64,000 nucleotides of DNA from Methanotrichaceae archaeon. GTDB taxonomy: Archaea; Halobacteriota; Methanosarcinia; Methanotrichales; Methanotrichaceae. This document shows, in pieces, positions 8,572-18,642 of the stretch. Position 1 is the stretch's first letter; every line of letters starts with the position of its first letter. Where the stretch lies: the NCBI GenBank assembly GCA_963748825.1, contig CAVVKN010000023.1, forward strand, positions 160,001 through 224,000, read 5' to 3'. The notes under the pieces are model-generated. The model was not told where the DNA came from, made no database searches, and saw nothing but the letters and a program-made list of their open reading frames with translations. The translations under genes were made by a program, and so were the position numbers.

Positions 8572-9819
8572 ATGTTCATTGGAATTGATGATACCGATTC
8601 TGAAAGGGGACTGTGCACCACATACCTTTCCGCAGTGCTGATGGAGAGGTTGCAGCCACTGGGAGAGATGGTAGGCCGGCCAAAACTGATTCGTCTCAAT
8701 CCCTGCGCCCGATATAAAACGCGCGGCAATGCCGCCATAGCCATTGAGCTGGAGAGCGACCGCCCCGATGAAGTCAAGAATGTGGCCTTAGAGACAGTGC
8801 TGGAACTGTCCGATTTTTCCGGGATGAATACCAATCCGGGCCTCGTGATCGCGCCGCAGGTGACGGCAAAGATGGCGGCCTTCTACCTGCGCGCCGTTAC
8901 AGAGATCCTGGAGATAAAAGAGGCCAAAAAACTGCTGGATGACGAGGGGGTCTGGTACCGGGGCTTCAAGAAAGGGCGCGGCCTGATCGGAGCCCTGGCG
9001 GCAATCGGAGCAGTGCTACCGGACTTCACTTACGAGCTGATCGCCTACCGGGAGCGGGCGCGCTGGGGCACGCCGCGCAGCATTGATGAAGAGTCCGTCT
9101 GGAAAGCGGATGCACTCACCTATCCACGCACCTGGGATACAGTGGATCATCATAATAATAGAATCGTCTTTGCCCCCCACTCAGGAGATCCCGTTTTGTT
9201 CGGCATAAGAGGCTCGGACCCAGAAGCGATCTTAAAGGCATTCCATACCATAAAATCGGAGCCTGCAGAGAGATACGTGCTCTACCAGACCAACCAGGGA
9301 ACTGATGCCCACATCCGGACGGGCGTTGTGACCGATGTTCGGGACAGCGAAAGCTACAGGCTGCACGGGTTTGTGGCTGAACCCGCTCAGGCTATTGCTG
9401 GAGGCCACCTCTTCTTCCCGCTGCAAAAGGGCGATGCCCGCCAAAACTGCGCCGCCTTCGAGCCGACCAAGAACTTTCGCGCCATAGTAAAGCAGCTTAT
9501 TTTAGGCGATGAGCTGGAGGTCTACGGCTCGGTGCGAGAGGGCACGCTCAACCTGGAGAAGCTCAACATCCTCCATCTGGCTGAGAAAGAAGAGATGGCT
9601 GTGCCCCTCTGTCCGGAGTGCCAGAAAAGCATGGAGTCTGCAGGCAAAGGTCAGGGATACCGCTGCCGCCGCTGCAAGACGCATGCTGAGGGCCGCGTGC
9701 GCCAGCTCCTCCCCCGCGATCTGGAGACTGGTTACTACGAGGTGCCACCATGCGCCCGCCGCCATCTTTCCAAGCCGCTGGTGCGCATGAATGACGATAA
9801 GGTGCATCCAGCCAGGTGA
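8572..9819 (+). CDS. tiaS: tRNA(Ile2) 2-agmatinylcytidine synthetase
   Basis: IGIDDTDS...CTTY, KTRGNAA, TNQGTD and a C-terminal Zn ribbon. Confidence 0.95.
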   Translation: MFIGIDDTDSERGLCTTYLSAVLMERLQPLGEMVGRPKLIRLNPCARYKTRGNAAIAIELESDRPDEVKNVALETVLELSDFSGMNTNPGLVIAPQVTAKMAAFYLRAVTEILEIKEAKKLLDDEGVWYRGFKKGRGLIGALAAIGAVLPDFTYELIAYRERARWGTPRSIDEESVWKADALTYPRTWDTVDHHNNRIVFAPHSGDPVLFGIRGSDPEAILKAFHTIKSEPAERYVLYQTNQGTDAHIRTGVVTDVRDSESYRLHGFVAEPAQAIAGGHLFFPLQKGDARQNCAAFEPTKNFRAIVKQLILGDELEVYGSVREGTLNLEKLNILHLAEKEEMAVPLCPECQKSMESAGKGQGYRCRRCKTHAEGRVRQLLPRDLETGYYEVPPCARRHLSKPLVRMNDDKVHPAR

Positions 9820-9948
9820 GGCCTTTGTGTTTGTGGTGATCGGCAAGCCCTCAGCTTACCACAGAAATCGAAATCTAACCAGAGAGAAATGAGAGATAAA
9901 AAGTTTGAAAATAGTGAAGATGGTGTGTCCACCTTCCCATCTTGAGAT

Positions 9949-10884
9949 TTACTTCTTGAAGGCGCCTTCCAGGGGCGGGACGACCTGCTTCTTTCGAGAC
10001 AGGCACTTCTCCTTGTAGATGGAGTTATTGGCGAGCTTGCCGCCGAATGCCTTCTCAAATCCTGCCGCAGCAGCCGCATTTCCTACGAAGAGCAGATCGC
10101 TGGCTTCTTTCATGACATCGGTGAGCATGAGCACGACCATATCCAGCTTCTCAGCCTCTTTCATCTTATTCATCTCATCCAGAATGGCAGCTCTCTTGGG
10201 CGCGAGATCGGCTAGATCCATAACCTCGACCTGGCCCACGCCGGACTTGGTGCCGGAGAAGTCGAACTTCTTGAAGTCGCCCATTAGGATGTCCTTGGCG
10301 GACTTGGCGGACATGTTGCTCTTGGCCTTGAGCAGCTCCAAGCCGAACTTCATGGGATCGACGCCCGCGATCTTGGCCAGCTTCTCCACGGCGACCTTGT
10401 CGCGAGGAGTGCAGGTAGGGGACTTGAAGAGCACGGTGTCGGAGAGAATGGCTGACATCATCAGGCCGGCCATCTCCTTGCTGATGGCGATATTGTTCTG
10501 TTCATAGAGATTCGCGATGATGCCGCCCGTCGCGCCCACCGGCTCATTGAGGAAGAATATGGGCTTACCGGTAGCAAGGCCGCCGATCTTGTGGTGGTCT
10601 ACGATCTCCACGATATTTTCCATGTTCAGCTTGTCCACAGCCTGAGCCATCTCATTGTGATCTACCAGGATGACCATCTTGTCGGTGGCATCGGTGAGCT
10701 TCTCAGGATATGCAACTTTGAAGTAATCCAGCAAGAACTTTGTCTCGTCGTTGATGTCTCCTGCGGCGGCAGCGACGACCTCTTTCATTCCCATGGCGTT
10801 CTTCAGATTGGCATAAGCTATTGCAGATGTTACAGAATCGGTATCGGGACTCTTGTGCCCAACTACGTAGATCTTGTCGGTCAA
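9949..10884 (-). CDS. ppaC: Manganese-dependent (family II, DHH) inorganic pyrophosphatase
   Basis: GHKSPDTDS, VDHN, VDHH and SRKKQV motifs; likely TTG start at 10884 after GAGGTG. Confidence 0.93.
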   Translation of the reverse strand: MTDKIYVVGHKSPDTDSVTSAIAYANLKNAMGMKEVVAAAAGDINDETKFLLDYFKVAYPEKLTDATDKMVILVDHNEMAQAVDKLNMENIVEIVDHHKIGGLATGKPIFFLNEPVGATGGIIANLYEQNNIAISKEMAGLMMSAILSDTVLFKSPTCTPRDKVAVEKLAKIAGVDPMKFGLELLKAKSNMSAKSAKDILMGDFKKFDFSGTKSGVGQVEVMDLADLAPKRAAILDEMNKMKEAEKLDMVVLMLTDVMKEASDLLFVGNAAAAAGFEKAFGGKLANNSIYKEKCLSRKKQVVPPLEGAFKK

Positions 10885-11305
10885 ATGAAGCACCTCAGCA
10901 TTGTTAATGTAGAACTTCAACTTAAAGCTTACTAGGCAGCAAAGAAACTCATCAGGAAATTGTTGTACCAGGCTAGGAAAACTTTATAAATTCAAGCTGC
11001 ATTCAAGTAACGTCCCTTTAGAGGGCTGACATGAGCTTAGAATATGTTCTGCTGTGAATGTTGGTGCAAGAAGGGGACTACAGGCCGCGTTGATAGGTCC
11101 TTATGGTAGGATACTGACTATCTGTCTACCTATGACCATGAGACAACCCAAATGCGGTACAGACGCCCGCTACGAGGGTTACTGGGCTGACTGCGGATAC
11201 CCATCGGATGACGTACCAGAGTTAGTATCGGGCGACAATATCTATTTTCCTTCAAACGGATCACCAGCGACAATTTAATCTCACTCCTGCCCAAAACCTG
11301 GTAGT

Positions 11306-11947
11306 GTGAAGGGACTGCTCATCACCCTGGAGGGCATCGACGGCTCGGGAAAGAGCACTGCTGCCAAACTTATTGCCTCAAAGCTAGCAGAGACAATGCC
11401 CGAAAGGAGATTGGTGCTTACCACCGAGCCTACGGCCGGAGAGGTGGGCCGGATCCTGAGAGCTGAGCTGGCAAGAGCGGGCGGCGAGGAGAGTTCTCCC
11501 GCGCAGCGCATGCAAGAGCTTTTCCTCTTCATGGCAGACCATGCCCATCATCTTACTAAAGTCGTTCTTCCCGCTCTGGAAACGGGTGCAATCGTCATTT
11601 CCGATAGATATGCCGACTCCACCGCCGCCTACCAGGGCGTGACGCTGAGAGGGATCGTTCCCGATCCGGTGCCATGGATCCAGAGCATCTACCGCCCCTG
11701 GAATTTGCGCCCCGATAAAACACTGCTCTTCGTCTTAGACCCACACGTCGCCCTGCAGAGAATGCAGTCGCGTCAGGGACGGCAGAAGTTCGAGAGGCTT
11801 GAGTTCCTGCGATCGGTGGATGAGAACTTCCGGCGCATGGCCGCCCTTGAGCCGGAGCGATTTGCGCAAATAGACGCCGAGCAGGATGCAGAAAAGGTAG
11901 CGGAAGAGGCCATAAAAGCGATCCTCAATCTCATAAGCAGTAGCTAA
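11306..11947 (+). CDS. tmk: Thymidylate kinase
   Basis: EGIDGSGKST, EPT and SDRYADS motifs. Confidence 0.93.
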   Translation: MKGLLITLEGIDGSGKSTAAKLIASKLAETMPERRLVLTTEPTAGEVGRILRAELARAGGEESSPAQRMQELFLFMADHAHHLTKVVLPALETGAIVISDRYADSTAAYQGVTLRGIVPDPVPWIQSIYRPWNLRPDKTLLFVLDPHVALQRMQSRQGRQKFERLEFLRSVDENFRRMAALEPERFAQIDAEQDAEKVAEEAIKAILNLISSS

Positions 11948-12391
11948 CCTCAAGTTATAGTCGTTTCTTTGCGCGTTCTTTGTGGCTTTGTGCCGTTGTG
12001 TTTCGAGTGGGTAATGGATAATAGAGTTCTCTGTGAGTCCTCCGTGCGCTCTGTGCCTGCGGTGGTGGTAGTATCCTCCGCCATTTTGTTATAACCAGAT
12101 GCTAACGACGACATTTCAACCACAGAGCTCACAGAGAACGCACAGAGACGAACAAACAAGGGAAAACCATAGCAACTTGAGGTTAGTCACTGATCCAAAA
12201 TCCAGGTTGATAATCGTCTCCGTTCGTTCGTCCTCCGTGCGCTTCTAGCGACTCTGCGGTTTTATTCGGTAACCCCATGGTTTGATATTCAGCTACGAAT
12301 ATTAACCGCAGAGACGCAGAGGTCGCAGAGACGTGAAATTTACCATATCAGCGTTCGTAGTGAGGTTAGCCACTGGAAATAGCGAAGAGCC
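11943..12391. repeat. Cluster of REP-like inverted repeats and IS/MITE-like end sequences
   Basis: 13-bp inverted repeat ctaacctcaagtt (11944-11956 / 12174-12186); internal ctctg..ggtt / aacc.cagag pairs; tgaggttag.cactg repeated at 12178 and 12361. Confidence 0.75.
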
Positions 12392-12394
12392 TGA

Positions 12395-13030
12395 TTATTT
12401 TTGTCCGGCAAGAGCCAGTTCTATCAGCCGTTTGGCCCAGGCAAGCTTCCTTTTTTTGCGCGGCGTGACGCTCTCATCCTCAAAGTCAAAGCCGACCAGC
12501 TTTATAGAGGCCGCGCCTAGCTCTTTGGCCAGAAATACACATCGATCTCCATCCGTGAACCCCCCGAAGTTATAGAGGCCCGGCGGCGCATGACACTGCA
12601 CTGTGCCTATGATTCTCTCCAGCTGCGACACATATCTATTCAGAGCATCCAGATTATCTCCGTGGGCATGCACCACCACGATAGAGCCCATCTGATTGGC
12701 CTTTAAAATGGCAGGGAATGGGCCGTCCAGGTCAGTGACCACAATATCGGGCACAATGCCGTGCCTCAAAAGAACCGCTGTGGCCCCATCCGCAGCCAGA
12801 AAGACGGCACCCTTTTCTTGCAGCCCCTCCAGCTCCTTCTCCAGCGAGGGGGCATTGCCGCATACGACTGCCCTATGCCCGGCTACAATTGCCTCTGCGG
12901 CGCATAGCGATGGCTCTCGGCCGCGCAATAGCTCAGCCAGGAGCATTGCCGCATCAACATCTCGGCCAGGAGAAAAGCCGAAGTCTTGCAGGATGGATTG
13001 GTAAAGGGGCTCCCAGGTCGCGAATTGCAT
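12395..13030 (-). CDS. mptE: 6-hydroxymethyl-7,8-dihydropterin pyrophosphokinase
   Basis: AADGA, VTDLDG, HAHGDN and NFGGFTDGDR motifs. Confidence 0.9.
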   Translation of the reverse strand: MQFATWEPLYQSILQDFGFSPGRDVDAAMLLAELLRGREPSLCAAEAIVAGHRAVVCGNAPSLEKELEGLQEKGAVFLAADGATAVLLRHGIVPDIVVTDLDGPFPAILKANQMGSIVVVHAHGDNLDALNRYVSQLERIIGTVQCHAPPGLYNFGGFTDGDRCVFLAKELGAASIKLVGFDFEDESVTPRKKRKLAWAKRLIELALAGQK

Positions 13031-13129
13031 GCTGAAAATAGGTGCTGCATTTCTTAAAGATCTTTTCCCCAAGATGTTTCTAAAATATTAAGCCTAAGAA
13101 AAATGAAAAGAGAAAGGAAAATCCTCTCT

Positions 13130-14141
13130 CATTAGATAAATTCTTGGGAACTGAGCCAGGGTTGGTGCCTTGAAGCAGGTGCAGTCGAATACGCCGGTTG
13201 CTGACTTGAAGGGCTTCTTATCAACATAAGCTCATGGTATCGAAACCGCCGAAGCAGCAGGGCAGCCAGTCGTCAGTAACTTCTGATCAGGTGGTAGGGC
13301 ACCTCGAGGGTCATGTTCTTCTCGATGTGATAGGTTCCCCAGTAATCCTCATCGATCTCGATTGAGGGATTCCTCCAGGCAGACTTTTTAGCAGCGAAAG
13401 CATCAGGCCCGCCAGTCCATGGATTTACATCTGCAAAGTTTGTATTTGCCTGCAGTACGCCGATATGGGCCTTGCCGTCCGTTACATCTTCAACTAATTT
13501 CATCTGGGTATAACCAACGGCTTCCCAAGCTCCGGATCCTAGGTCATAGTTAATCTTCTCTTTGGCAACGATTTCCAGTTCCTTATCCAGGGCATGAGCA
13601 TACTCGACCTCATGATGCATGCTGGTGCCGGCACAGATAGTTCTTCACCCAGGTCTTTTCCTTGAGCAGAGAGCTGTAATCCAGTGGATTTGCCGCATAA
13701 TAGCCGGTTCCGACAGCGATCCTCATGGGCGCATAGACCATGGAGACATCCTCTTTGAACTGGATGCAGTTCTGCATCGAAGTCATTGTAGTCGGAGTAT
13801 GTCGTTATGATGTCGAGTGATCCAAGTTCTGGTAGGTCAAAGTGGCCTCGCTGTTTAAGGAGCCGCAGCCGTGAGCGTAATTCTTCACGGCAACGATTCC
13901 CGGCCTTAGCATACAGGTAGGTAACGAAGTAACCATTTCCCTGCACGCTCTGCTCAAAGTCGAATGTCGTATTTCTCTCTTCGTATCCACTATATGTTTG
14001 CCCATACGCATTATAACCAGCTGGTGGCGTAGCTGGAAATTGAGCAAATGAACACCTTATGAGCGACACTAAAACCATTGCTACCACCATTGCTAGTATA
14101 GCCTTCTTCAGATCAATCCCTCCATCTAAAGCGAATAACAC
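13130..14141 (-). pseudogene. Secreted protein with Cys-rich C-terminal motif (WLPCC...FDCTC), multiply frameshifted (pseudogene or sequencing errors)
   Basis: Signal peptide, then coding sense continuing across ORFs 13805..14047 and 13273..13620 and a DDWLPCCFGGF...GVFDCTCFK tail. Confidence 0.7.
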
Positions 14142-14242
14142 TATTCTTTATGATTCTGCTTTCCGTAAGTCAACGCACCTATTTTAATCTGTTGATTGCC
14201 TTTTTATTAACAGAGAGAGAGATAAGACTTTTCCCCTTGCGC

Positions 14243-15280
14243 AATCAGATTACATAAGTCCTTTCTTTGTCTTGGTTGCACCGATTAGCTTGATAATCGT
14301 TTCATAGCTGGCCAACGGCTTTCCACGCCAATTCATGCTTATGAATGAGAACATGCAATGCTCAATCTTATTCCATTTGCTTGTCCCCGGCGGAAAATGA
14401 CAGACTGTTATTGTCACTCCAATTTTGTCCGCCAAATCCTGCAAAAAGAATTTCCAGCTTCTGTTTCGGCTTCCATTGCTTCCTCCTCCATCCGCACAGA
14501 TAAGCAAATTTTTACATTCTACATAATTGTATTTTCCAATCATATTCCACCATTGTCGGATGCTTTCAACGGCGAACTCCGCAGTGTTATAGCTCTTGCC
14601 CACATTAACCAAGCCATCATTTCGTTTGAGATCATAAATACCATAAGGTATCGCAGAGCCTATTGCTAACGATGGAAAATCATACACATTTACCTCTTCG
14701 GGATCGCCTATTTGCCTCCAAGTTCTACCTGAGTTCTTAAAATCGCCAATGCTCTCTTTTTTCTTTGCGTCTACAGAAATTACAGGATCGCCATTATCTA
14801 TGAATTTGGCTGCCTGTGTATTAATATAACGAAACTGACTATCTCTCTCAGGAACTGATTTGCCTTCTAATGTTTTTTTATTGGCTTGAAGCGAATAGCC
14901 ACTTTCTTTCAAGAGACGTCCTACCGTATCGTGGCTCACATCATGCCCTTTTAACTGTAGCTCTTCGGCTATGGCATAGGTCGATTTATATGTCCATTTA
15001 AGAAGGCTCATTGGATCGCCTGCCGTGCTTTCTTTCATGAGATCTTCCAGGTCACTCATAAGAGATGGGTCCGTGTTTTTAGCCTTCTTCCGTCCGCCAC
15101 CTGGCTTGCGGAGCCTCTCCGGCGGCTTCAATTCATCTTCGTTCTCAAGCTCTTGAACGCCCTTATCGATGGTCTTTCTGGATAATCCAGTTATGGCAGA
15201 GACTTTTGAGACACCACCCCGACCGATCTCAAGGGCTTTGGCCGCTGCAAATCGCCTTGCTGGTCGGAATCAGATTACAT
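14243..15280 (-). mobile_element. Internal fragment of an ISAzo13-family transposase between 13-bp direct repeats aatcagattacat (14243-14255 and 15268-15280)
   Basis: PGGGRKK, SVDAKKKE, ADGGGSN and PPGTSKWNKIEH motifs. The frame extends upstream to RRFAAAKALEIGRGG without a start codon, and the C-terminus is cut at TKKGLM*. Confidence 0.88.
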
Positions 15281-15606
15281 GCATAACCAAAAGGTTAATA
15301 CGTAATGCGTTTATCGATATGTAGTAGTATGCTCGCTCCTATCGATCTTATGATAAGGTCATCTTTTGGTCAAAACCATTTTGCACGAGAATCAGGCTAT
15401 TTGGACAGAGAATCAAAAAAGGATTTATAATTATATCAAGATTGACATCGATCATAAGATCTGAAAATCGAGCATGCAAAAAACCCCACCATGTATAGTG
15501 CTAAAAGAGAAGACCTTCGCCACCCAGGCGAAGGATTCCCGGGTTTTTTGGTTCCAAATTGGAACCAAACCCCAGCCGCAGGCTGGAACAGGAGGACAAA
15601 CGGGGG

Positions 15607-16467
15607 ATGCTGGCAGAACTGGAAGATAAGAGAGGCAAACTCAGACAGGAGTCCCTTGCCTTCAAGGATCGAAGAAGCCAACTTAACGCTGAAGCGAGCA
15701 AATGGGCCGCTAAGCGGAATGAGCTGAACAAGGCCACCAAAGAGCTAATAGACAAGGCCCAGGAGCTTAAGAAGCTGCGGGACGAAAATAACAAGAATGT
15801 GGCCGATTCCAAGAAGGAAAGGGATGATTACAATGAGAAGACCAATCAGCTCTATGCAAGGATAGATGATATCCGCAAGAAGTACAACCTCACCGGCGAG
15901 CGTTCCATAAGGGATCTGCGCCGCGAGATCGATCACCTGGAATTCAGGCAGCAGACTGAGGTCTTAAGCCCGGATAAAGAGAAGCAACTGGTCGATAAGA
16001 TCGCCGCCTTGCATGCAGAGTTCAAAGGCAGAAAAGAGCAGCTTGAGAAGAACGAAGAGCTGAGGAAGCTTCTCGATGAAGCGCAAGCCATGAGAGATCA
16101 GGCTTCTAACCACCACGATCAGGTCACCAAGTTCGCGGAAATGGCCCAGGAATACCACGATCAGATGATAGGCACCTTTAAAGAAGCCGATCAGACTCGT
16201 GCCGAAGCCGATGCCGCTCACAAGGAGTTCGTGAAGGCCCAGGAGGCCGCCGATGAGCAGCATAAAGAGTTCATCCGCACCCAGAGAGAGGTTCGCGACT
16301 TCGAAAAGGTCATCGTGGGCTTGAAGAAGAAAAACCGGGACATAAAGGAAGATCGCGCCAAAGAGGTTGCCAAGCGCGAAGCCGAAGATATCCTTACCCA
16401 CTTCAGGCAGGGCGAGAAGCTGAACACAGCCGACCTACTAAGGCTGCAACGTGCCGGCCTAGTTTGA
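15607..16467 (+). CDS. Conserved archaeal coiled-coil protein (COG1340-like)
   Basis: Long heptad pattern; LEFRQQT and GEKLNTADL motifs. Confidence 0.8.
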   Translation: MLAELEDKRGKLRQESLAFKDRRSQLNAEASKWAAKRNELNKATKELIDKAQELKKLRDENNKNVADSKKERDDYNEKTNQLYARIDDIRKKYNLTGERSIRDLRREIDHLEFRQQTEVLSPDKEKQLVDKIAALHAEFKGRKEQLEKNEELRKLLDEAQAMRDQASNHHDQVTKFAEMAQEYHDQMIGTFKEADQTRAEADAAHKEFVKAQEAADEQHKEFIRTQREVRDFEKVIVGLKKKNRDIKEDRAKEVAKREAEDILTHFRQGEKLNTADLLRLQRAGLV

Positions 16468-16626
16468 TTTGCACTAAAATTTGAATTTATGGGCAGAGAA
16501 CCTGCCCCTCTAAGATTTTATGCATCTTTCTTCGCAGAACTTCATTAGATGCTTCTTTGAGCCGATTATCAATTCAGTAGCATGCAAGACCGTAAGCTTT
16601 TAAGCCTCCTCATCAGATCGGAATTG

Positions 16627-17127
16627 ATGAATGAGATTCGCCTGCTCTTCGGAAAGCCGGTTATCAGGGAAAAAGAGCAGCTTTTATCAGCGATTAAAGA
16701 TCTACAATCCCGTCATGGCTGCATAGTGCAGGCCCTCGACGCAGATAAGATCGCAGGTGAGAGACATATCCGCTTTGCCGCCGAGAAGGCGCTGACAGCT
16801 TTTTCCGAAGCGAGAAACATCGCTAAAGATGCAGGAATGGAAATCATGCGTTACGCCTCCGGAGAGAGGCAGATTGAAAGATCCCTTTTCATGAGAGTAT
16901 CGGATCGTACAGAGAGAATAGCACTTGTCCTCACCGGCTGCGGCAGCTGGCCGGACGCCTCGGAGCTATCCCGGATCATAGAGCAGGACGGGCAGGGCTG
17001 TTCGTTTTGTGCAAAGGCTGTAAAAGAGGCTTTTAATATCTCTTCCGAAGAGCTACGAGCCGTGGGCGAGGAAAGGATAGAAGACCTGGTCATCGAAAGA
17101 GTGGCCCTGGTGGACACATACCGGTAA
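16627..17127 (+). CDS. cgi121: KEOPS complex subunit Cgi121
   Basis: QALDAD...H...A and EIMRYASGERQI motifs; terminal IERVAL. Confidence 0.85.
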   Translation: MNEIRLLFGKPVIREKEQLLSAIKDLQSRHGCIVQALDADKIAGERHIRFAAEKALTAFSEARNIAKDAGMEIMRYASGERQIERSLFMRVSDRTERIALVLTGCGSWPDASELSRIIEQDGQGCSFCAKAVKEAFNISSEELRAVGEERIEDLVIERVALVDTYR

Positions 17128-17143
17128 ACAGCAAAAAATAAGG

Positions 17144-17755
17144 ATGAGTTGTAAAATGAAAGAAGAATTCTACACCGAGAAGCGATGGCTTAACTGGATG
17201 AATAAGGTCAAGGAAAGCAAATTCAAGCTTACCGAAGAGGATGATAAGAACTCGGGTGCCGTCTTCATCTACATCATGGATGACGTGGTGCTGGCCTGCC
17301 TCAAGGTAATAGCCCGATGCGAGCACACGGTTATAACTCCCGAAGAGGCCCTAGCCGAGATCACGGCCATCAGGTCGATTGTCTTTGCCGAGAACGAATC
17401 CATGGGAGAAGATGCAGATTTGATGCTCGAATCCCTCAAGACATCTCTTGCCGCAGTATTCGTCTCCAGCCAGCGCTATATCATAGGAATCTTTGATCGC
17501 GAAAGCCCCCTGGGAGAGATGGTGGCAAAGGCGGTTGCTGCCGAGCAAGAGGATAACCTGGATGATGCATTCGATCTGCTCAGTCAGGTAGGGGCCAGAG
17601 TGATAGGCGGAGAGAGCCTTCCTGAGATTGGCGACATACCTTACTGCATGACGGCAGAGCTTATGGACGGAATTGATGCCATATCGGCAGCAATGCTTGG
17701 CGATGATAGCTACAAAGATGACGATGGGTCAGAGGATACAGGCGGGGCCGACTAG
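17144..17755 (+). CDS. DUF2150 family protein
   Basis: FYTEKRWLNW N-terminus and acidic tail. Confidence 0.75.
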   Translation: MSCKMKEEFYTEKRWLNWMNKVKESKFKLTEEDDKNSGAVFIYIMDDVVLACLKVIARCEHTVITPEEALAEITAIRSIVFAENESMGEDADLMLESLKTSLAAVFVSSQRYIIGIFDRESPLGEMVAKAVAAEQEDNLDDAFDLLSQVGARVIGGESLPEIGDIPYCMTAELMDGIDAISAAMLGDDSYKDDDGSEDTGGAD

Positions 17756-18633
17756 CTTGATCTAGTTATTACCTCGCATCCCTTCTCGAGAACCACAATT
17801 GTGTGCTCGGCCTGAGAGACCAGGGCCCCTTCAACCTCCCAGAGTACAGGATATCTGTGCACGGCGTTGCTGCGGAGGAGCTGCATGAGCGCATATTCCG
17901 CTCTTTCGCCTTTGAGCCAGCGCCGAGCAAAGGGAAGTGTTTTGTAGCTTTCTGAAATCTCTTTTAAGAGCGTTCGAGCCGCAGGAAGCCGCACTGGCCG
18001 CAAAGCGGAAAAGCCATATATCTCGTTGATGAGAGCCTCGCTGATCCTGCCCGAGCCATTGGTGGCAAAGGGCTCGATAGCGATAACATCTCCATCCTTC
18101 AAGACGGTGCCCTTCTCCATAGCCCGGTTGGGCACAGCGGGCTCGTCATGGGCCAGATATCTGGACAGACCGTGGCCTGTCAAGTTATATACCGGCTTGT
18201 AGCCGTAGCCGGTTATGGCCTCTTCTATGACCTTGCCGATCTGGGCCGTGTCGATACCAGGCCTAATTATCTCTAAAGCCGCCTCTAGAGCGACATGGGA
18301 GGCCTCGACCAGGCTTTCATGGCCGCTCAGGTCAATTGTGATGGCGGCGTCGGCAATATAGCCGTCCACGTGCACACCCACATCCAGCTTGACCATATTC
18401 TCGCCAAAACGAGAGGCATCAAGGGGCGAAGGCGTATAATGAGCCGCGTTTCTATCCAGAGATATGTTGCAGGGAAAGGCAGGCTTTGCGCCCCTTGATC
18501 TGATCGCATCCTCCACGAAATTTGCCACATCCAGCAGTGACGCGCCCAATTCAACTCGCGGCCTTGCCTCAGCCAGCACTTCGGCCAGGATTCGCCCTGC
18601 CTTTCTGTAATTCTCTAAAATTTCAGTTTCCAT
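17752..18633 (-). CDS. map: Type II methionine aminopeptidase
   Basis: AAHYTP, DVGVHVDGYIAD, GHG, EPFAT and EHT motifs. Confidence 0.95.
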   Translation of the reverse strand: METEILENYRKAGRILAEVLAEARPRVELGASLLDVANFVEDAIRSRGAKPAFPCNISLDRNAAHYTPSPLDASRFGENMVKLDVGVHVDGYIADAAITIDLSGHESLVEASHVALEAALEIIRPGIDTAQIGKVIEEAITGYGYKPVYNLTGHGLSRYLAHDEPAVPNRAMEKGTVLKDGDVIAIEPFATNGSGRISEALINEIYGFSALRPVRLPAARTLLKEISESYKTLPFARRWLKGERAEYALMQLLRSNAVHRYPVLWEVEGALVSQAEHTIVVLEKGCEVITRSS

Positions 18634-18642
18634 TGATAACAC

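Noticed and set aside
11054-11278. Short ORF or RNA between ppaC and tmk
   Set aside because: No recognisable motif or convincing structure, so it cannot be supported from sequence alone.
11943-12391. CRISPR array
   Set aside because: The repeats are inverted, degenerate and irregularly spaced, with no constant repeat-spacer period and no cas genes in the window.
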